From an uncultured beta proteobacterium (lineage in GTDB: Bacteria > Pseudomonadota > Gammaproteobacteria > Burkholderiales > SG8-39), in contig CAWALA010000005.1 of NCBI GenBank assembly GCA_963782655.1, forward strand, positions 163,587 to 227,586: a stretch of 64,000 nucleotides of DNA. Direction: 5' to 3'. This document shows positions 1 to 13,738 of the stretch, piece by piece; position 1 is the first letter of the stretch; every line of letters begins with the position of its first letter. Below the pieces are notes generated by a model that had not been told where the DNA came from, did not search any database, and was given only the letters and a program-made list of their open reading frames with translations. A program made the position numbers and the translations under genes.

Positions 1-294
1 ATCGCCACCATGCCGGTGGAGTTGAAGCTCTTGATGTGGCTGCCGGCGATGCCGGTGAACGCCGAGGCGATCTTGCAGTCGGCCATCAGCTCGGCCTCCT
101 CGAGCGCGCGCTGGATCGCGTTCACGGTGGCCTCGATGTTCACCACCACGCCCTTCTTCAGGCCCTTGGACTCGTGCGCCGCCCATGCCGAGGATCTCGA
201 GCGCCCCGTCGGCGCGCAGCTCCGCCACCAGCGCCGCCACCTTGGAGGTGCCGATGTCGAGGCCGACGATGAGGTTCTTGTTTTCCTTGGCCAT
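1..294 (-). CDS. ftsA: Cell division protein FtsA, N-terminal fragment (continues past the left edge); frame-disrupted
   Basis: Minus-strand ATG at 292-294 reads MAKENKNLIVGLDIGTSKVAALVAELRADGALEILGMG. After a frame switch near 178 it continues HESKGLKKGVVVNIEATVNAIQRALEEAELMADCKIASAFTGIAGSHIKSFNSTGMVAI. Lies directly downstream of ftsQ, as in dcw clusters. Confidence 0.85.
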   Translation of the reverse strand, partial: MAKENKNLIVGLDIGTSKVAALVAELRADGALEILGMGGARVQGPEEGRGGEHRGHRERDPARARGGRADGRLQDRLGVHRHRRQPHQELQLHRHGGD

Positions 295-298
295 CGCC

Positions 299-1929
<1,631 letters not shown>

Positions 1930-1933
<4 letters not shown>

Positions 1934-2851
1934 GCGGCTTCCCCCACGATGCGCACTTCGGGTTGCAGCGCCACCGCGGTCCGCTCGAGCACACGCGCGC
2001 GCACTTCCTCGATCAGCCACTCGATGTCGGCGGCGCGCGCCGCGCCCTTCGGATTGACGATGAAGTTGGCGTGCTTCTCCGACACGCGCGCGCCGCCGCG
2101 CGCGAGCCCTTTCAGCCCGCAGGACTCGATCAGCCGCGCCGCATGGTCGCCGGGCGGATTGCGGAACACGCTGCCGGCGTTGGGCAGCGACGAGCGGCTG
2201 CGAGGCGATGCGCTTCTCGAGCAGCTCCTTGATGCGCGCGCGCGAGGCCGCGCCGTCGCCTGGCGCAGGTCGAACCAGGCGCCGGCGAACCACTCGTCCG
2301 CGCCGAGGCGCGCCGCCCTTCAGCGCGCAATGGCGATAGCCGATCTCGAACTCCTCGCGCGCGCGCGTGCGCACCTGCCCGCGCCGGTCGATGGTGAGCG
2401 CGCGCCCGACGATCTCCCAGGTCTCGCCGCCGTAGCAGCCCGCGTTCATCGCCAGCGCGCCGCCCACGGTGCCCGGCACGCCCGCGAGGAATTCGGCGCC
2501 GACGAGATCGTGGCGCGCGGCAAAGCGCGCCACCTTCGGGCTCGCCACGCCCGCCTCCGCGTACACGCGGCCGCCGACCAGCTCGGGATGGCGGGCCGCC
2601 GCGTGGGTCAGCACCACCGTGCCGGCGAAGCCCCCGTCGCGCACCAGCAGGTTGGAGCCGAGGCCGACGAACAGCAGCGGCTCCGCCGCCGGCAGCTGGC
2701 GCAGGAAGGCCGCGAGGTCGTCGAGATCCGCCGGCGCATAGAAGCGCGCGGCCGGCCCGCCGGCGCGCCAGCTGACGTGCCGCGCCATCGGCTCGTTGGC
2801 CTTCAGCTCGCCGCGCAACCCTTCCAGTCGCAGTGCGTCCGCCATGTTCAT
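1930..2851 (-). CDS. murB: UDP-N-acetylenolpyruvoylglucosamine reductase; frame-disrupted
   Basis: [50 protein letters not shown]...[20 protein letters not shown]...[23 protein letters not shown] (frame of ORF 1430..3460). C-terminus [57 protein letters not shown] (ORF 1930..2169). Confidence 0.88.
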
Positions 2852-4227
2852 GTCAGTTGCGCGGCAACGCCGCTGATCGAGCCTGCGCCCATGGTCAGCA
2901 CCACGTCGCCGTCCTGCGCCACGCGCCGGATCGCCGCGGCCATCTGCGCGATCTCCTCGACGAACAGCGGCTCCACCTTGCCCGCCACGCGCACGGCGCG
3001 CGCCAGCGAGCGGCCGTCGGCGGCGACGATCGGCGCCTCGCCCGCCGGGATAGACCTCTGCCAGCAGCACCGCGTCCGCGGTCGAGAGCACGCGCACGAA
3101 GTCCTCGAACAGGTCGCGCGTGCGCGTATAGCGGTGCGGCTGGAAGGCGAGCACGATGCGCCGCCCGGGAAACGCGCCGCGCGCGGCGGCGAGCGTCGCC
3201 GCCATTTCCGCCGGGTGATGGCCGTAGTCGTCGATCAGCGTGAAGCTGCCGCCGCCCTCGAGGCGCACGTCGCCATAGCGCTGGAAGCGCCGGCCGACGC
3301 CGCGGAACTCCGCCAGCGCCTTGAGGATCGCCGCGTCCGCGACGCCCAGCTCGGTGCCGACCGCGATCGCCGCGAGCGCGTTGCGCACGTTGTGCTCGCC
3401 CGGCAGGTTGAGGGTCACCTCCAGCGCCGGCCGCTTCTCGCGCAGCGCGCTGAAGCGCATGCGGCCGCCGGCGTGGACGATCTTCTCGCGCGCGCAGCAT
3501 GGCGTCGGCGGCGAAGCCGTAGGTGATCAGCGGCTTGGAGACGAACGGCAGGATCTCGCGCACGTTGGCGTCGTCGGCGCACAGGATGGCGCTGCCGTAG
3601 AAGGGCAGGTTCTGCAGGAACTGCACGAACGCCTGCTTCAGGCGCGCGAAATCGTGCTGGTAGGTCTCCATGTGGTCGGCGTCGATGTTGGTCACCACCG
3701 CCAGCACCGGCTGCAGGTGCAGGAACGAGGCGTCGGACTCGTCCGCCTCGACCACGATGTAATCGCCCTGGCCGAGGCGCGCGTTCGACCCCGCCGCGTT
3801 CAGCCGCCCGCCGATGACGAAGGTGGGATCGAGCCCGCCCTCGGCGAGCACGCTCGCCACCAGGCTGGTGGTGGTGGTCTTGCCGTGCGTGCCGGCGATC
3901 GCCACGCCGTGCTTCAGGCGCATCAGCTCCGCGAGCATCAGCGCGCGCGGCACCACCGGCACGCGACGCGTGCGCGCCGCCACCACTTCCGGATTGTCCG
4001 GCGCGCACGGCGCTCGACACCACCACGGCGTCGGCGCCGTCGATGTTCTGCGCGGCGTGGCCGAGCGCCACGCGTGCGCCGAGCTCCTTCAGGCGCCGCG
4101 TCGCCGCGTTCTCCGCCAGGTCCGAGCCGCTCACCTGGTAGCCGAGGTTGACCAGCACCTCGGCGATGCCGCTCATCCCCGCGCCGCCGATGCCGACGAA
4201 ATGGATATGCCGGACCTTGTGCTTCAC
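2848..4227 (-). CDS. murC: UDP-N-acetylmuramate--L-alanine ligase; frame-disrupted
   Basis: GTG at 4225-4227 overlaps the murG stop. [117 protein letters not shown] (ORF 2895..3986). [19 protein letters not shown]...[43 protein letters not shown] (ORF 1430..3460). Confidence 0.9.
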
Positions 4228-5277
4228 TTCGCCAGCTCCATGCAGCGCTCGGCGACGACGCGTGCCGCGTCCGGCTTGCCCAGCGCGCGGGCCTTGCGCG
4301 CCATCTCGAGCAGCTTCGGCCGGTCGAGCGCGCGCAGCAGCGCGGCGAGCGTCCCGGGCGAGAGCTCCGCCTGCGGCAGCAGGATCGCGGCGCCCTGGTC
4401 GGCGAGGAAGCGCGCATTGGCGGTCTGGTGGTCGTCCACCGCGTGCGGGAACGGCACCAGCACGCTCGCCACGCCGCCGGCGGAAAGCTCGGCCACGGTC
4501 ATCGCGCCCGCGCGGCAGATGACGAGGTCGGCCTCCGCGTAGCGCTGCGCCATGTCGTCGATGAAGGGCGTGAGCTCGCCCTGCACGCCGGCCGCCGCAT
4601 AGGCCGCGCGCAGCGCCGCGTAGTTCTTCTCGCCCGACTGGTGCACCACCGCGGGCTTCGGCTCGAGCAGCGCGATCGCGCGCGGCACGCACTCGTTGAG
4701 CGCCTGCGCGCCGCCCGAGCCGCCCACCACCAGGAGCTTCAGCGGGCCGCTGCGCCGTCCGTAGCGCTCGGCGGGGTCGGCGAGCGCGGCGATCTCGCCG
4801 CGCACCGGGTTGCCGGTCCACTCCGCGCCCTTCAGCGCCTGCGGGAAAGCGGACATGGTCTTGTCGGCGACGCCGGCCAGGATGCGGTTGGTGAGCCCGG
4901 CAATGGCGTTCTGCTCGTGCACCGCGAGCGGTCGCGCGAGCAGCGAAGCCATCATGCCGCCCGGGAAACGCGACGTAGCCGCCCATGCCGAGCACCACGT
5001 CGGGGCGCAGGCGGAAGATCGTGCTCGCGGACTGCCAGAAGCCGACGAGCAGGTTGAGCGGCAGCAGCAGCGCTGCGGCAAGACCCTTGCCGCGCAGCGC
5101 CGCGGCGCGGATCGCCGCCAGCTCGTAGCCGCGCGCGGTCACCAGCCGCGCTTCCATGCCCGCGCGCGTGCCCATCCACACCACGCGCCAGCCGCGCGCG
5201 CGCAGCACGTCGGCCACCGCGAGGCCGGGGAACACGTGGCCGCCGGTGCCGCCCGCCATGATGAGCGCGGTCCTCAT
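4224..5277 (-). CDS. murG: Undecaprenyldiphospho-muramoylpentapeptide beta-N-acetylglucosaminyltransferase; frame-disrupted
   Basis: [37 protein letters not shown] (frame of ORF 3415..5682). Then ORF 4224..5081 with [19 protein letters not shown]...[47 protein letters not shown] overlaps with ftsW (5274-5277) and murC. Confidence 0.9.
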
Positions 5278-6439
5278 GCCTTGAGCCCCCGCGCCAGCTG
5301 CCGGCTTTCCCAGTCGATGCGCAGCAGGATCGCCAGCGCCACGCAGTTCACCACCAGTCCCGTGCCGCCGAAGCTCATCAGCGGCAGCGTCAGGCCCTTG
5401 GTCGGCAGCAGGCCCATGTTCACGCCCATGTTGATGAGCGCCTGGAAGCCGATCCATATGCCGATGCCCTGCGCGGCGAGCGAGGCGAAGTGCCGCTCGC
5501 GCAGCGCGGCCTGGCGGCCGATGGCGAAGGCGCGCATCACCACCCAGACGAACAGCGCGATCACCAGCGCCACGCCGACGAGGCCGAGCTCCTCGGCGAT
5601 CACCGCGAGCAGGAAATCGGTGTGCGCCTCGGGCAGGTAGTGCAGCTTCTCCACGCTCGCGCCCAGCCCCACGCCGAGCCATTCGCCGCGGCCGAAGGCG
5701 ATCAGCGCGTGCGACAGCTGGTAGCCCCTGCCGAAGGGGTCGGTCCAGGGGTCCATGAAGCCGAAGATGCGCTGCATGCGGTACTCGGAGGTGAGCACCA
5801 GCAGCACGAAGCCGAGCGCCAGCATCGCGCCGAGCGCGGCGAAGTGCCGGCCGTTCATGCCGCCGAGGAACAGGACGCCGAAGGTGGTGACGGCGATCAC
5901 CACCAGCGCGCCGAAGTCCGGCTCGCGCAGCAGCAGCCAGGACACGAACATCATCACCGCCAGCATCGGCAGCAGCCCGCGCCGGAAGCTCTTCATCACC
6001 GCGTGCTTGCGCACCGTGTAGTCGGCGGCGTAGAGCACCACCGCGAGCTTCATCAGCTCCGAGGGCTGCATGGTGAGCGCACCCAGGTCGATCCAGCGGC
6101 GCGCGCCGTTCACCTCGCGGCCGATGCCGGGCACCAGCACCAGCACCAGCAGCGCCGACGCCGCCGAGGAACAGCCACGGCGCGCGCCTTCTGCCAGTAG
6201 CGCACCGGCACGAGGAACACCGCCATCGCAGCGGCGAGCGCCACGCCGAGGAACACCGCGTGGCGCATCAGGTAATAGGCGGCGTTGCTGCCGGTGTAGC
6301 GGCTCGACTCGGCGGTGGAGATCGACGCCGAATACACCATCACCAGGCCCATCGCCATCAGCAGCAGCGCCGCCCAGGCGAGCGCGCGGTCGTACTCGGG
6401 CGCGGCGGCTTGCTTGGCGAAGACGTAGGTCGCGCTCAC
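5274..6439 (-). CDS. ftsW: Peptidoglycan glycosyltransferase FtsW (SEDS family); frame-disrupted near the N-terminus
   Basis: ORF 5274..6146 gives [30 protein letters not shown]...[21 protein letters not shown]...[21 protein letters not shown]...[19 protein letters not shown]. The N-terminal part [26 protein letters not shown] is in the frame of ORF 6110..7543. Putative GTG start near 6439. Confidence 0.88.
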
Positions 6440-6440
6440 C

Positions 6441-7829
6441 TCAGTCCCCCAGCGCGCGCAGCGCCGCGGCGAACACTTCGCCGCGATGCCGGTAGTCGCG
6501 GAACATGTCGAAGCTGGCGCAGGCGGGCGACAGCAGCACGGCGTCGCCGGGCTGCGCCAGCTGCGCTGCGCGCGCCACCGCCTGCTCCAGCGTCGCGCAG
6601 CGCTCCAGCGCGCACGCCGCTCGCGGCGAGCGCGCGCTCGATGAGCGGCGCGTCGCGCCCGATCAGCAGCACGCGGCGCGCATGCGCGGCGACGGCCGGC
6701 GCGAGCGGCGCGAAATCCTGCCCCTTGCCCTCGCCGCCGGCGATGAGCAGCGCCGGACGTCCCAAGCCGGTGAGGGCGGCCACCGTGGCGCCGACGTTGG
6801 TGCCCTTGGAATCGTCGTACCAGGCGACGCCGCGCGCGCTCGGCGACGAGCTGCAGCCGGTGCGGCAGGCCCTTGAAGCTGCGCAAGCCCTGCGCCAGCG
6901 CCTCGCGCGATGCGCCCAGCGAGCGCGCGAGCGCGCAGGCGGCGAGTGCGTTGGCGACGTTGTGCGCGCCGTGGATCTGCAGTTCGCCCACCGGCAGCAC
7001 CGGCAGGGCGCCCTCGTGCAGCACGCCGTCCACGACGCCCCAATGCCCGGCCCCGGCGGGCGCGCCGAGGCCGAAGCTCACCTGCTCGCGCCCGGCGAGG
7101 GCGAACGCCATGCGAGCGCGGGTCGTCGCGGTTGAGCACCTGCACGCCCTGCGCCCAGGAAGATGCGCGCCTTGGCCGCCGCGTATTCGTCCATCCCCGC
7201 ATAGCGGTCGAGGTGGTCTTCGCTCAGGTTGAGCACAGTCGCGGCGTCCGGCGCGAGCGACCAGGTCGTCTCCAGCTGGTAGCTGGAGAGCTCCAGCACC
7301 CATGCCGCGGGCGGCGCGCGGCGCCGCCTCAGCGCATCGAGCGCGGCGGGCCCGATGTTCCCGGCGACCTCGCAGTCGATCGCCGGCGGCGCGCAGCAGG
7401 TGACCGGTGAGCGCCGTGACCGTGGTCTTGCCGTTGGTGCCCGTGACCGCGAGCACGCGGCTCGCCGCGTCGGCGCGCACGTGCCAGGCGAAGAGCTCGA
7501 TGTCGCCGACGACCGGGATGCCCCGCGCCACCGCCGTCTGCACGACGGCTTCCCGCAGCGGCAGGCCCGGGCTGAGGCACAGCGAGGCTCACGCCCTCCA
7601 GCAGCGTCGTCGCTGAACGGCGCCGGTGTGCAGCTCGCCGCTGAAATCCTCCTGCGCGCGGCGGCTCGGCGCGCGTGTCCGCCACTCTCGGCGTGCCGCC
7701 CTGGCGCGTGATCCAGCGCGCCGCCGAGAGGCCGCTGTCGCCCAGGCCGAGCACCAGCACGCGCCGGCCGGCAAGCGCTACCGGCTCGGGGCGCGGCAGC
7801 AGGTTGAAGAGCGGTTCGCGCATCGACAT
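6441..7829 (-). CDS. murD: UDP-N-acetylmuramoylalanine--D-glutamate ligase; heavily frame-disrupted
   Basis: Fragments: [27 protein letters not shown] (ORF 7329..7835); [21 protein letters not shown] (ORF 6110..7543); [46 protein letters not shown] (ORF 7078..7299); [24 protein letters not shown] (ORF 6436..6783). Tail [36 protein letters not shown] with stop at 6441-6443. Confidence 0.85.
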
Positions 7830-7831
7830 GG

Positions 7832-8922
7832 TCACCGCAGCTTCAGCGTCGACAGCCCGAACAGCACCAGCATCATGGTGATGATCCAGAAGCGCACCAC
7901 CACCTGCGACTCCTTCCAGCCTTCCAGCTCGTAGTGGTGGTGCAGCGGCGCCATGCGGAAGATGCGCTTGCCGCCGGTGGCCTTGAAGTACGCCACCTGC
8001 AGCATCACCGACAGCGTCTCGGCGACGAACACGCCGCCCATGATGAACAGCACGATCTCCTGGCGCACGATCACGGCCATGGTGCCGAGCGCCGCGCCGA
8101 GCGCGAGCGCGCCGACGTCGCCCATGAACACCTCGGCCGGGTAGGCGTTGAACCAGAGGAAGCCGAGGCCGGCGCCGGCGAGCGCCCCGCAGAACACCGT
8201 CAGCTCCCCCGCGCCCGGGATGTGGGGCAGGCCGAGGTACTTGCTGAACACGCTATGCCCCGCCACGTAGGCGAAGATGCCGAGCGCGCTGCCGATCATC
8301 ACCGTCGGCATGATGGCCAGGCCGTCCAGCCCGTCGGTGAGGTTGACGGCGTTGGAAGTGCCGACGATCACGAAATAGGTGAGGATGATGAACCCGATCG
8401 GGCCGAGCGGGTAGGCGACGAACTTGAAGAACGGCACGATCAGCTCGTTCAGCGCCGGAGTGCCCTGCGAGATGCTGGCGAGGTACGCGCGGCGCCCAGG
8501 CCGATGGCCGACTGCCAGAACAGCTTCGCGCGCGCCGACAGCCCCTTCGGATTGCGATGCACCACCTTGCGGTAGTCGTCCACCCAGCCGATGGCGCCGA
8601 AGCCGAGCGTCACCAGCAGCACCACCCACAGGTAGCGGTTCTGCAGGTCGCCCCACAGCAGCGTGGTGATGCCGATGGACAGCAGGATCAGCGCGCCGCC
8701 CATGGTCGGCGTGCCGGCCTTGCCCAGATGCGTCTGCGGGCCGTCGTCGCGCACCGACTGCCCGATCTTGTAGGCGGTCAGCTTGCGGATCACATAGGGC
8801 CCGAGGATCAGCGAAATCGCGAGCGCGGTGAGGCAGGCGAGCACCGCGCGCAGCGTGATGTAGTTGAAGACGTTGAACAGGCGCACGTCGCGGGCCAGCC
8901 ACTGGGCGAAATCGAGCAGCAT
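7832..8922 (-). CDS. mraY: Phospho-N-acetylmuramoyl-pentapeptide transferase; one frame switch near 8470
   Basis: [48 protein letters not shown]...[14 protein letters not shown] (tail of ORF 8449..11652). Then ORF 7832..8902 with [20 protein letters not shown]...[15 protein letters not shown]...[15 protein letters not shown]. Confidence 0.92.
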
Positions 8923-10275
8923 CAGTGCCCTCCTTGTGCTTCGCCGGTGAGCGCCGCCACCACGCGCTCCATGCGCATGAAGCGCGAACCCTTCACCAGC
9001 AGCGTGGCATCGCGCGGCAGCGCCTTGACCAGCTCCTCCGGCGAGGCGAAGTGCCGCGCGCCGGCGCCGAACGCCTTGACCGCCTCGCGGCTCGCCTCGC
9101 CAAGCGCGTACAGCGCGCCGATGCCGCGGCTGCGCGCGTACTCGCCGACCTCGCGGTGAAATGCGGGACCGTGCTCGCCCACCTCGCCCATGTCGCCGAG
9201 CACCAGGGCGGCCGGCCCCGGGCATGCGGCCAGCACGTCGATCGCGGCGCGCACCGAGTCGGGATTGGCGTTGTAGCTGTCGTCGATGACGGTGGCACCG
9301 CTCGCGGCGCGCTTCACCTGCAGGCGCCCCGCATGGGGCCTGAACGCCTCGAGGCCCCTGCCGATCGTCGCGGCCGGGATGCCTGCGGCGTGCGCGCACG
9401 CCGCTGCGGCCAGCGCATTGCGCACGTTGTGCAGTCCGGGTATCGCGAGGCTGGCGCGCGCTTCGCCCGCGGGGGTGCGCACCACGATCTCGCTGCTCAA
9501 TTGCCTGAGCGTGTAGCCCCCGGTCACCGTCGCCTCGCGCTCCAGCGCGAAATCGACGACGGGCCGCTGCCCGGCGGCCTCCAGGAAGATGGCGGCGGCA
9601 GGCGTCATCCGCGTTCACCACCGCCACGCCCGAGGGCGGCAATGCGCGGAACACATTGGCATTCTCCTGCGCGCTCGCCTCGACGCTGTGCATGAATTCC
9701 ATGTGCTCGCGCTGCGCGTTGGTCACGACGGCAACCGTGGGCTGCGCGAGGTCCGCCAGCCACGCGATCTCGCCGGGGTGGTTCATGCCGAGCTCGATCG
9801 CGCAGTAGCGATGGGCTGCGCCCATGCGCAGCAGCGTCATCGGCACGCCGATGTCGGTGTTCAGGTTCCCCTGCGTGGCGAGGACCGCGGCCTCACCTGC
9901 ATGCGCGCGCAGGATCGCGGCGAGCATTTCCTTGGCCGTCGTCTTGCCGTTGGCCCCGGCGATGCCGATCACTACTGGCGCAAAACGCTTGCGCCAGTGG
10001 CGGCCGAGCCGGCCAAGCGCTTTGCGCGTGTCCTCCACCGCGACGGCGGGCAGCGCCGGCACGCCCGCGAACTCGCGATCCACCAGCGCGGCGCTCGCGC
10101 CGCGCTCCTTCGCCATGCCAAGGAAAGCATGTCCGTCGAAGCGCTCGCCGCGAATTGCGACGAACAGCTCGCCGCGGCCGACGCTGCGCGAGTCGGTGGA
10201 CACGCCGCGAAAACGCGCATCCGGCCCCACGAGGGTTCCCTGCATCGCGGCCGCGGCTTCGGCGAGGCTCATCAT
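8922..10275 (-). CDS. murF: UDP-N-acetylmuramoyl-tripeptide--D-alanyl-D-alanine ligase; one frame switch near 9600
   Basis: [51 protein letters not shown]...[21 protein letters not shown]...[32 protein letters not shown]-terminal half in ORF 8922..9608 ([21 protein letters not shown]...[15 protein letters not shown]). Confidence 0.92.
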
Positions 10276-11743
10276 CGCTTCCCCGCCCTGCGAACGAGCG
10301 CGGACCGCGCCACCTGCGCGTCCGAGAACGGCTCGCGCCGCCCGGCGATCTCCTGCCAGGACTCGTGGCCCTTGCCCGCGATCAGCACCACGTCCGCGTC
10401 CGCGGCCCCGCCGATCGCCGATTCGACGGCGCGCGCGCGATCGGGCTCTACTGCGTGCGGCGCGGTGACGCCCGCCTCGATCTCGCGCAGGATGGCGAGC
10501 GGATCTTCGCTGCGCGGATTGTCCGAGGTGAGCACGATGCGGTCGGCAAGCCGCGAGGCCGCTGTGCCCATCGGCGCGCGCTTGCTGCGGTCGCGGTCGC
10601 CGCCCGCGCCGAACACCACGACCAGGCTGGCCACCACGCGCCTGCGCCACGGGGCGCAGCGCCTGCAGCACCTTCTCGAGCGCGTCCGGGCTGTGCGCGT
10701 AGTCGATGACCGTGAGCGGCGCATCCCCGACGCGCTGCATGCGGCCCGGCACTGGCGGCAGCGCCGCGAGTGCGGCGACCGCCCGGCCAAAGGGCAACCC
10801 GTAGGCGAGCAAGCAGCCGAGCACGCCGAGCGCGTTGGCGACGTTGAACCGGCCGAGCGGGCGGAACTCGACCTCGGCCGACCCCCAGCTCGTCGCCAGC
10901 TCCAGGCGCTCCGCCGCGATGCGCGCCGCCGCCACGAACTCGGTCACGCTGCCGGGGGCCACCGCGGCGCTCGACAGGCTGTAGCCGATGGTGCGCAGGC
11001 CGCGCGCCGCGCAGCGCTGCGCCAGCTGCACGCCGAACGCGTCGTCGAGGTTCAGCACCGCACAGGCGAGCGCCTCGGCGTCGAACAGGCGCGCCTTGGC
11101 TGCGGCGTAGGCCTGCATGGTGCCGTGGTACTCCAGGTGGTCGTGCGTCAGGTTGGTGAACAGCGCGCAGTCGAAAGCAACGCCGTTGGCGCGTCCCTGG
11201 TCGAGGCCGTGCGAAGAAACCTCCATCGCCACCGCCGCGGCACCATCGCGCCGCATCCCGGCCAGCATGCGGTGCAGTTCGAGCGCGTCGGGGGTTGTGT
11301 TGCCCGCGTCGGCGAGCGCGCCGGGAAAGCCCGCTCCGAGCGTGCCCAGCACCCCGCATTTCGCGCCGGCGCCGGAGAGCGCTGCGGCGATCCACTGGCT
11401 GCAGGAAGTCTTGCCGTTGGTGCCGGTGACGCCGCAGGTCCACAGCGCCTCGCTCGGCCGGCCATAGAACGCATGCGCCAGCACGCCCGCCTGCGCCTTG
11501 AGCCCGCGCACCGGCGCATTTGGCACGCCCCACTCCTCGCGCCATGCGAAGCCCGCCTCCTCCCAGAGCACGCCCGCCGCGCCGCGGCGGATGGCGTCCG
11601 GGATGTGCGCGCGGCCGTCGGCCGCTGCGCCCGGGTAGGCGAAGAAGGCCACACCGGGCGCGCAACGCCGGCTGTCGGAAGCGCAGCCGCTCGATCACGG
11701 CGCCCTGGGCCGCGAGGCGCTCGAGGGGACCGGCGCCAATCAG
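10272..11743 (-). CDS. murE: UDP-N-acetylmuramoyl-L-alanyl-D-glutamate--2,6-diaminopimelate ligase; frame-disrupted, start unresolved
   Basis: [30 protein letters not shown]...[20 protein letters not shown]...[48 protein letters not shown]...[15 protein letters not shown] (ORF 8449..11652). Tail [19 protein letters not shown]...[16 protein letters not shown]...[14 protein letters not shown] (ORF 10272..10790). No clean start codon; the 5' end is placed just after the ftsI stop. Confidence 0.85.
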
Positions 11744-13469
11744 GTGCTCTCCCGCGCTTCCTCGCCCTCGCCCGGCAATGGCACGGGCTCGAGCGGCGCA
11801 TCGTGCGGCACGTTGAGCAGGCGCAGCGCCCCCTGCACCACCTGCGCGAACACCGGCGCCGCCACCACCCCGCCGTAGTACTTGCCGGCGGAGGGCTCGT
11901 CGAGCATCACGGCCACCACGATGCGCGGGTCGCTCGCCGGCGCGAGGCCGACGAACGACGAGATGTACTTGTCCGGCGCGTAGCTGCCGTTTTCCTGCTT
12001 GTGCGCGGTGCCGGTCTTGCCGGCGACGCGCCAGCCCATGACGCGGGCGCGCGGCGCGGTGCCGCCGGGCTGCACTGCGAGCTCGAGCATGGCGCGCACC
12101 TGGCGCGCGGTCTGCGCCGACAGCACGCGCGTGCCCGGCGCAGGCGCGTCCGATTTCATCAGCGTGAGCGGCACGATCTCCCCGTCGCGCGCGAACATGG
12201 TGTAGGCGCGCGCCAGCTGCATCAGGCTCACCGAGATGCCGTGGCCGTAGGCCATGGTGGCCTGCTCCACCGGCCGCCAGGTGCGCGCCGGGCGCAGCCG
12301 GCCGCCGGCCTCGCCGGGAAAGCCGAGCTGCGGCGCGGCGCCGAAACCGGCGCGGTTGAACAGGTCCCACATGTCCTCGCGCGCCAGCGACAGCGCGAGC
12401 TTCGCCGCGCCGACGTTGGAGGAAAGCTGCACCACCTGCGCGACGCTGATGGCGCCCTTCGGGTGCGAATCGTGGATCGTGTAGTTGGCGATGCGCAGCG
12501 AGTCGTGCCCGGACGCGACCACGCTCTTCGCGGTCACCTTGCCCTGCTCGAGGGCGAGCGCGACGGTGAAGGGCTTGAGCGTCGAGCCCGGCTCGAAGGT
12601 GTCGGTGAGCGCGCGGTTGCGCAGCTGCGCGCCGGAGAGCTTCGCGCGGTTGTTCGGGTTGAACGACGGCAGATTGACGAGCGCCAGCACTTCGCCGGTG
12701 CGCACGTCGAGCGCCACCAGCGCGCCCGCCTTGGCGCGGTGCTCGGCGAGCGCCGCCTTCAGCGCGCCGTAGGCGAGGCTCTGGATCTTGCCGTCGATCG
12801 ACAGCTGCAGGTCTTTGCCGTCCTGCGCCGCGCGGATCGACTTCGATGTCCTCCACCACGCGGCCGAGGCGGTCCTTGATCACGCGCCGGCTGCCGGGGA
12901 CGCCGCCCAGGCTCGTCTGGTGCGCGAGCTCGATGCCCTCCTGCCCCGATTCGTCCACGCCCGTGAACCCGACCAGGTGCGCGGTGAGCTCGCCGCCGGG
13001 GTAGTAGCGCCGGAACTCGCGGTGCTGGTAGATGCCCGGCACGCCGAGGCGTGCCACCTGCTCGGCCTGCTCCGGCGGGATCTGGCGCTTGAGGTAGACG
13101 AAGTCGCGCGAGGTATCGGCGACTTTCTTCTGCAGTTCGCGCGCATCCACGCCGAGCAGCGCGGCGAGCTTCCGGTGCTGCGCGGCGGTCGCCGCGACGT
13201 CCCCGGGGATCGCCCACACCGACTGCACCGGCGTGGACACGGCGAGCGCCTCCCCATTGCGGTCGAGGATGCGGCCGCGCGTACCGGGAATCTCCAGCAC
13301 GCGGCTGTAGCGCGCCTCGCCCTTCTCCTGCAGAAAGTGCGTATCGAGCGCCTGCAGGTACACCGAGCGGGCAGCCGAGCACGGCGAACGCGGCGAGCAG
13401 CGCGCACATCACCACGCGCGCGCGCCAGATCGGCAGGCGCACCATGCTGGAGGCCGCCACCGCGCTCAT
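11740..13469 (-). CDS. ftsI: Peptidoglycan D,D-transpeptidase FtsI (PBP3); frame-disrupted
   Basis: [32 protein letters not shown] (ORF 12759..13469). YLQALDTHFLQEKGEARYSRVLEIPGTRGRILDRNGEALAVSTP...RRYYPGGELTAHLVGFTGVDESGQEGIELA (ORF 10448..13363). ALDVRTGEVLALVNLPSFNPN...FEPGSTLKPFTVALALE...HKQENGSYAPDKYISSFVGLAPASDPRIVVAVMLDEP (ORF 11740..12717). STLK and KTG motifs present. Confidence 0.9.
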
Positions 13470-13738
13470 CGCGCCGCCTCGCGCTCGACGACGCGCACGC
13501 GGCGCGGGTCGGGAACGCGCATGCCGAGGGTGCCCGTGGCCACCTTTTCCACGCGCGCGTGCAGCGCCCAGGTGCTCGCCTCGAGCTGCAGCCTGCCGAA
13601 CTCGACGTCGAGCTCGCGCGCGCGCGCCTGCTCGCGCTCCAGCTCGGAGAACAGCTTGCGGGCCTTGTGCTGGGAGGTAACGAGCCCGAGCGCGCAGACG
13701 ACGAGAACCAGGAGGAGGAGGAGGTTCAGCTTCGCCAC
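13466..13738 (-). CDS. ftsL: Cell division protein FtsL
   Basis: Intact 90-aa [56 protein letters not shown]. Single TM plus coiled coil, located between rsmH and ftsI. Its stop overlaps the ftsI start. Confidence 0.85.
   Translation of the reverse strand: MAKLNLLLLLVLVVCALGLVTSQHKARKLFSELEREQARARELDVEFGRLQLEASTWALHARVEKVATGTLGMRVPDPRRVRVVEREAAR

Noticed and set aside
9589-12879. 1096-aa plus-strand ORF, the longest in the ORF track for this region
   Set aside because: It is antisense to murF, murE and ftsI. The translation is Arg/Ala/Gly/His-rich low complexity with no recognisable motifs. Long stop-free antisense frames are expected at this GC content.
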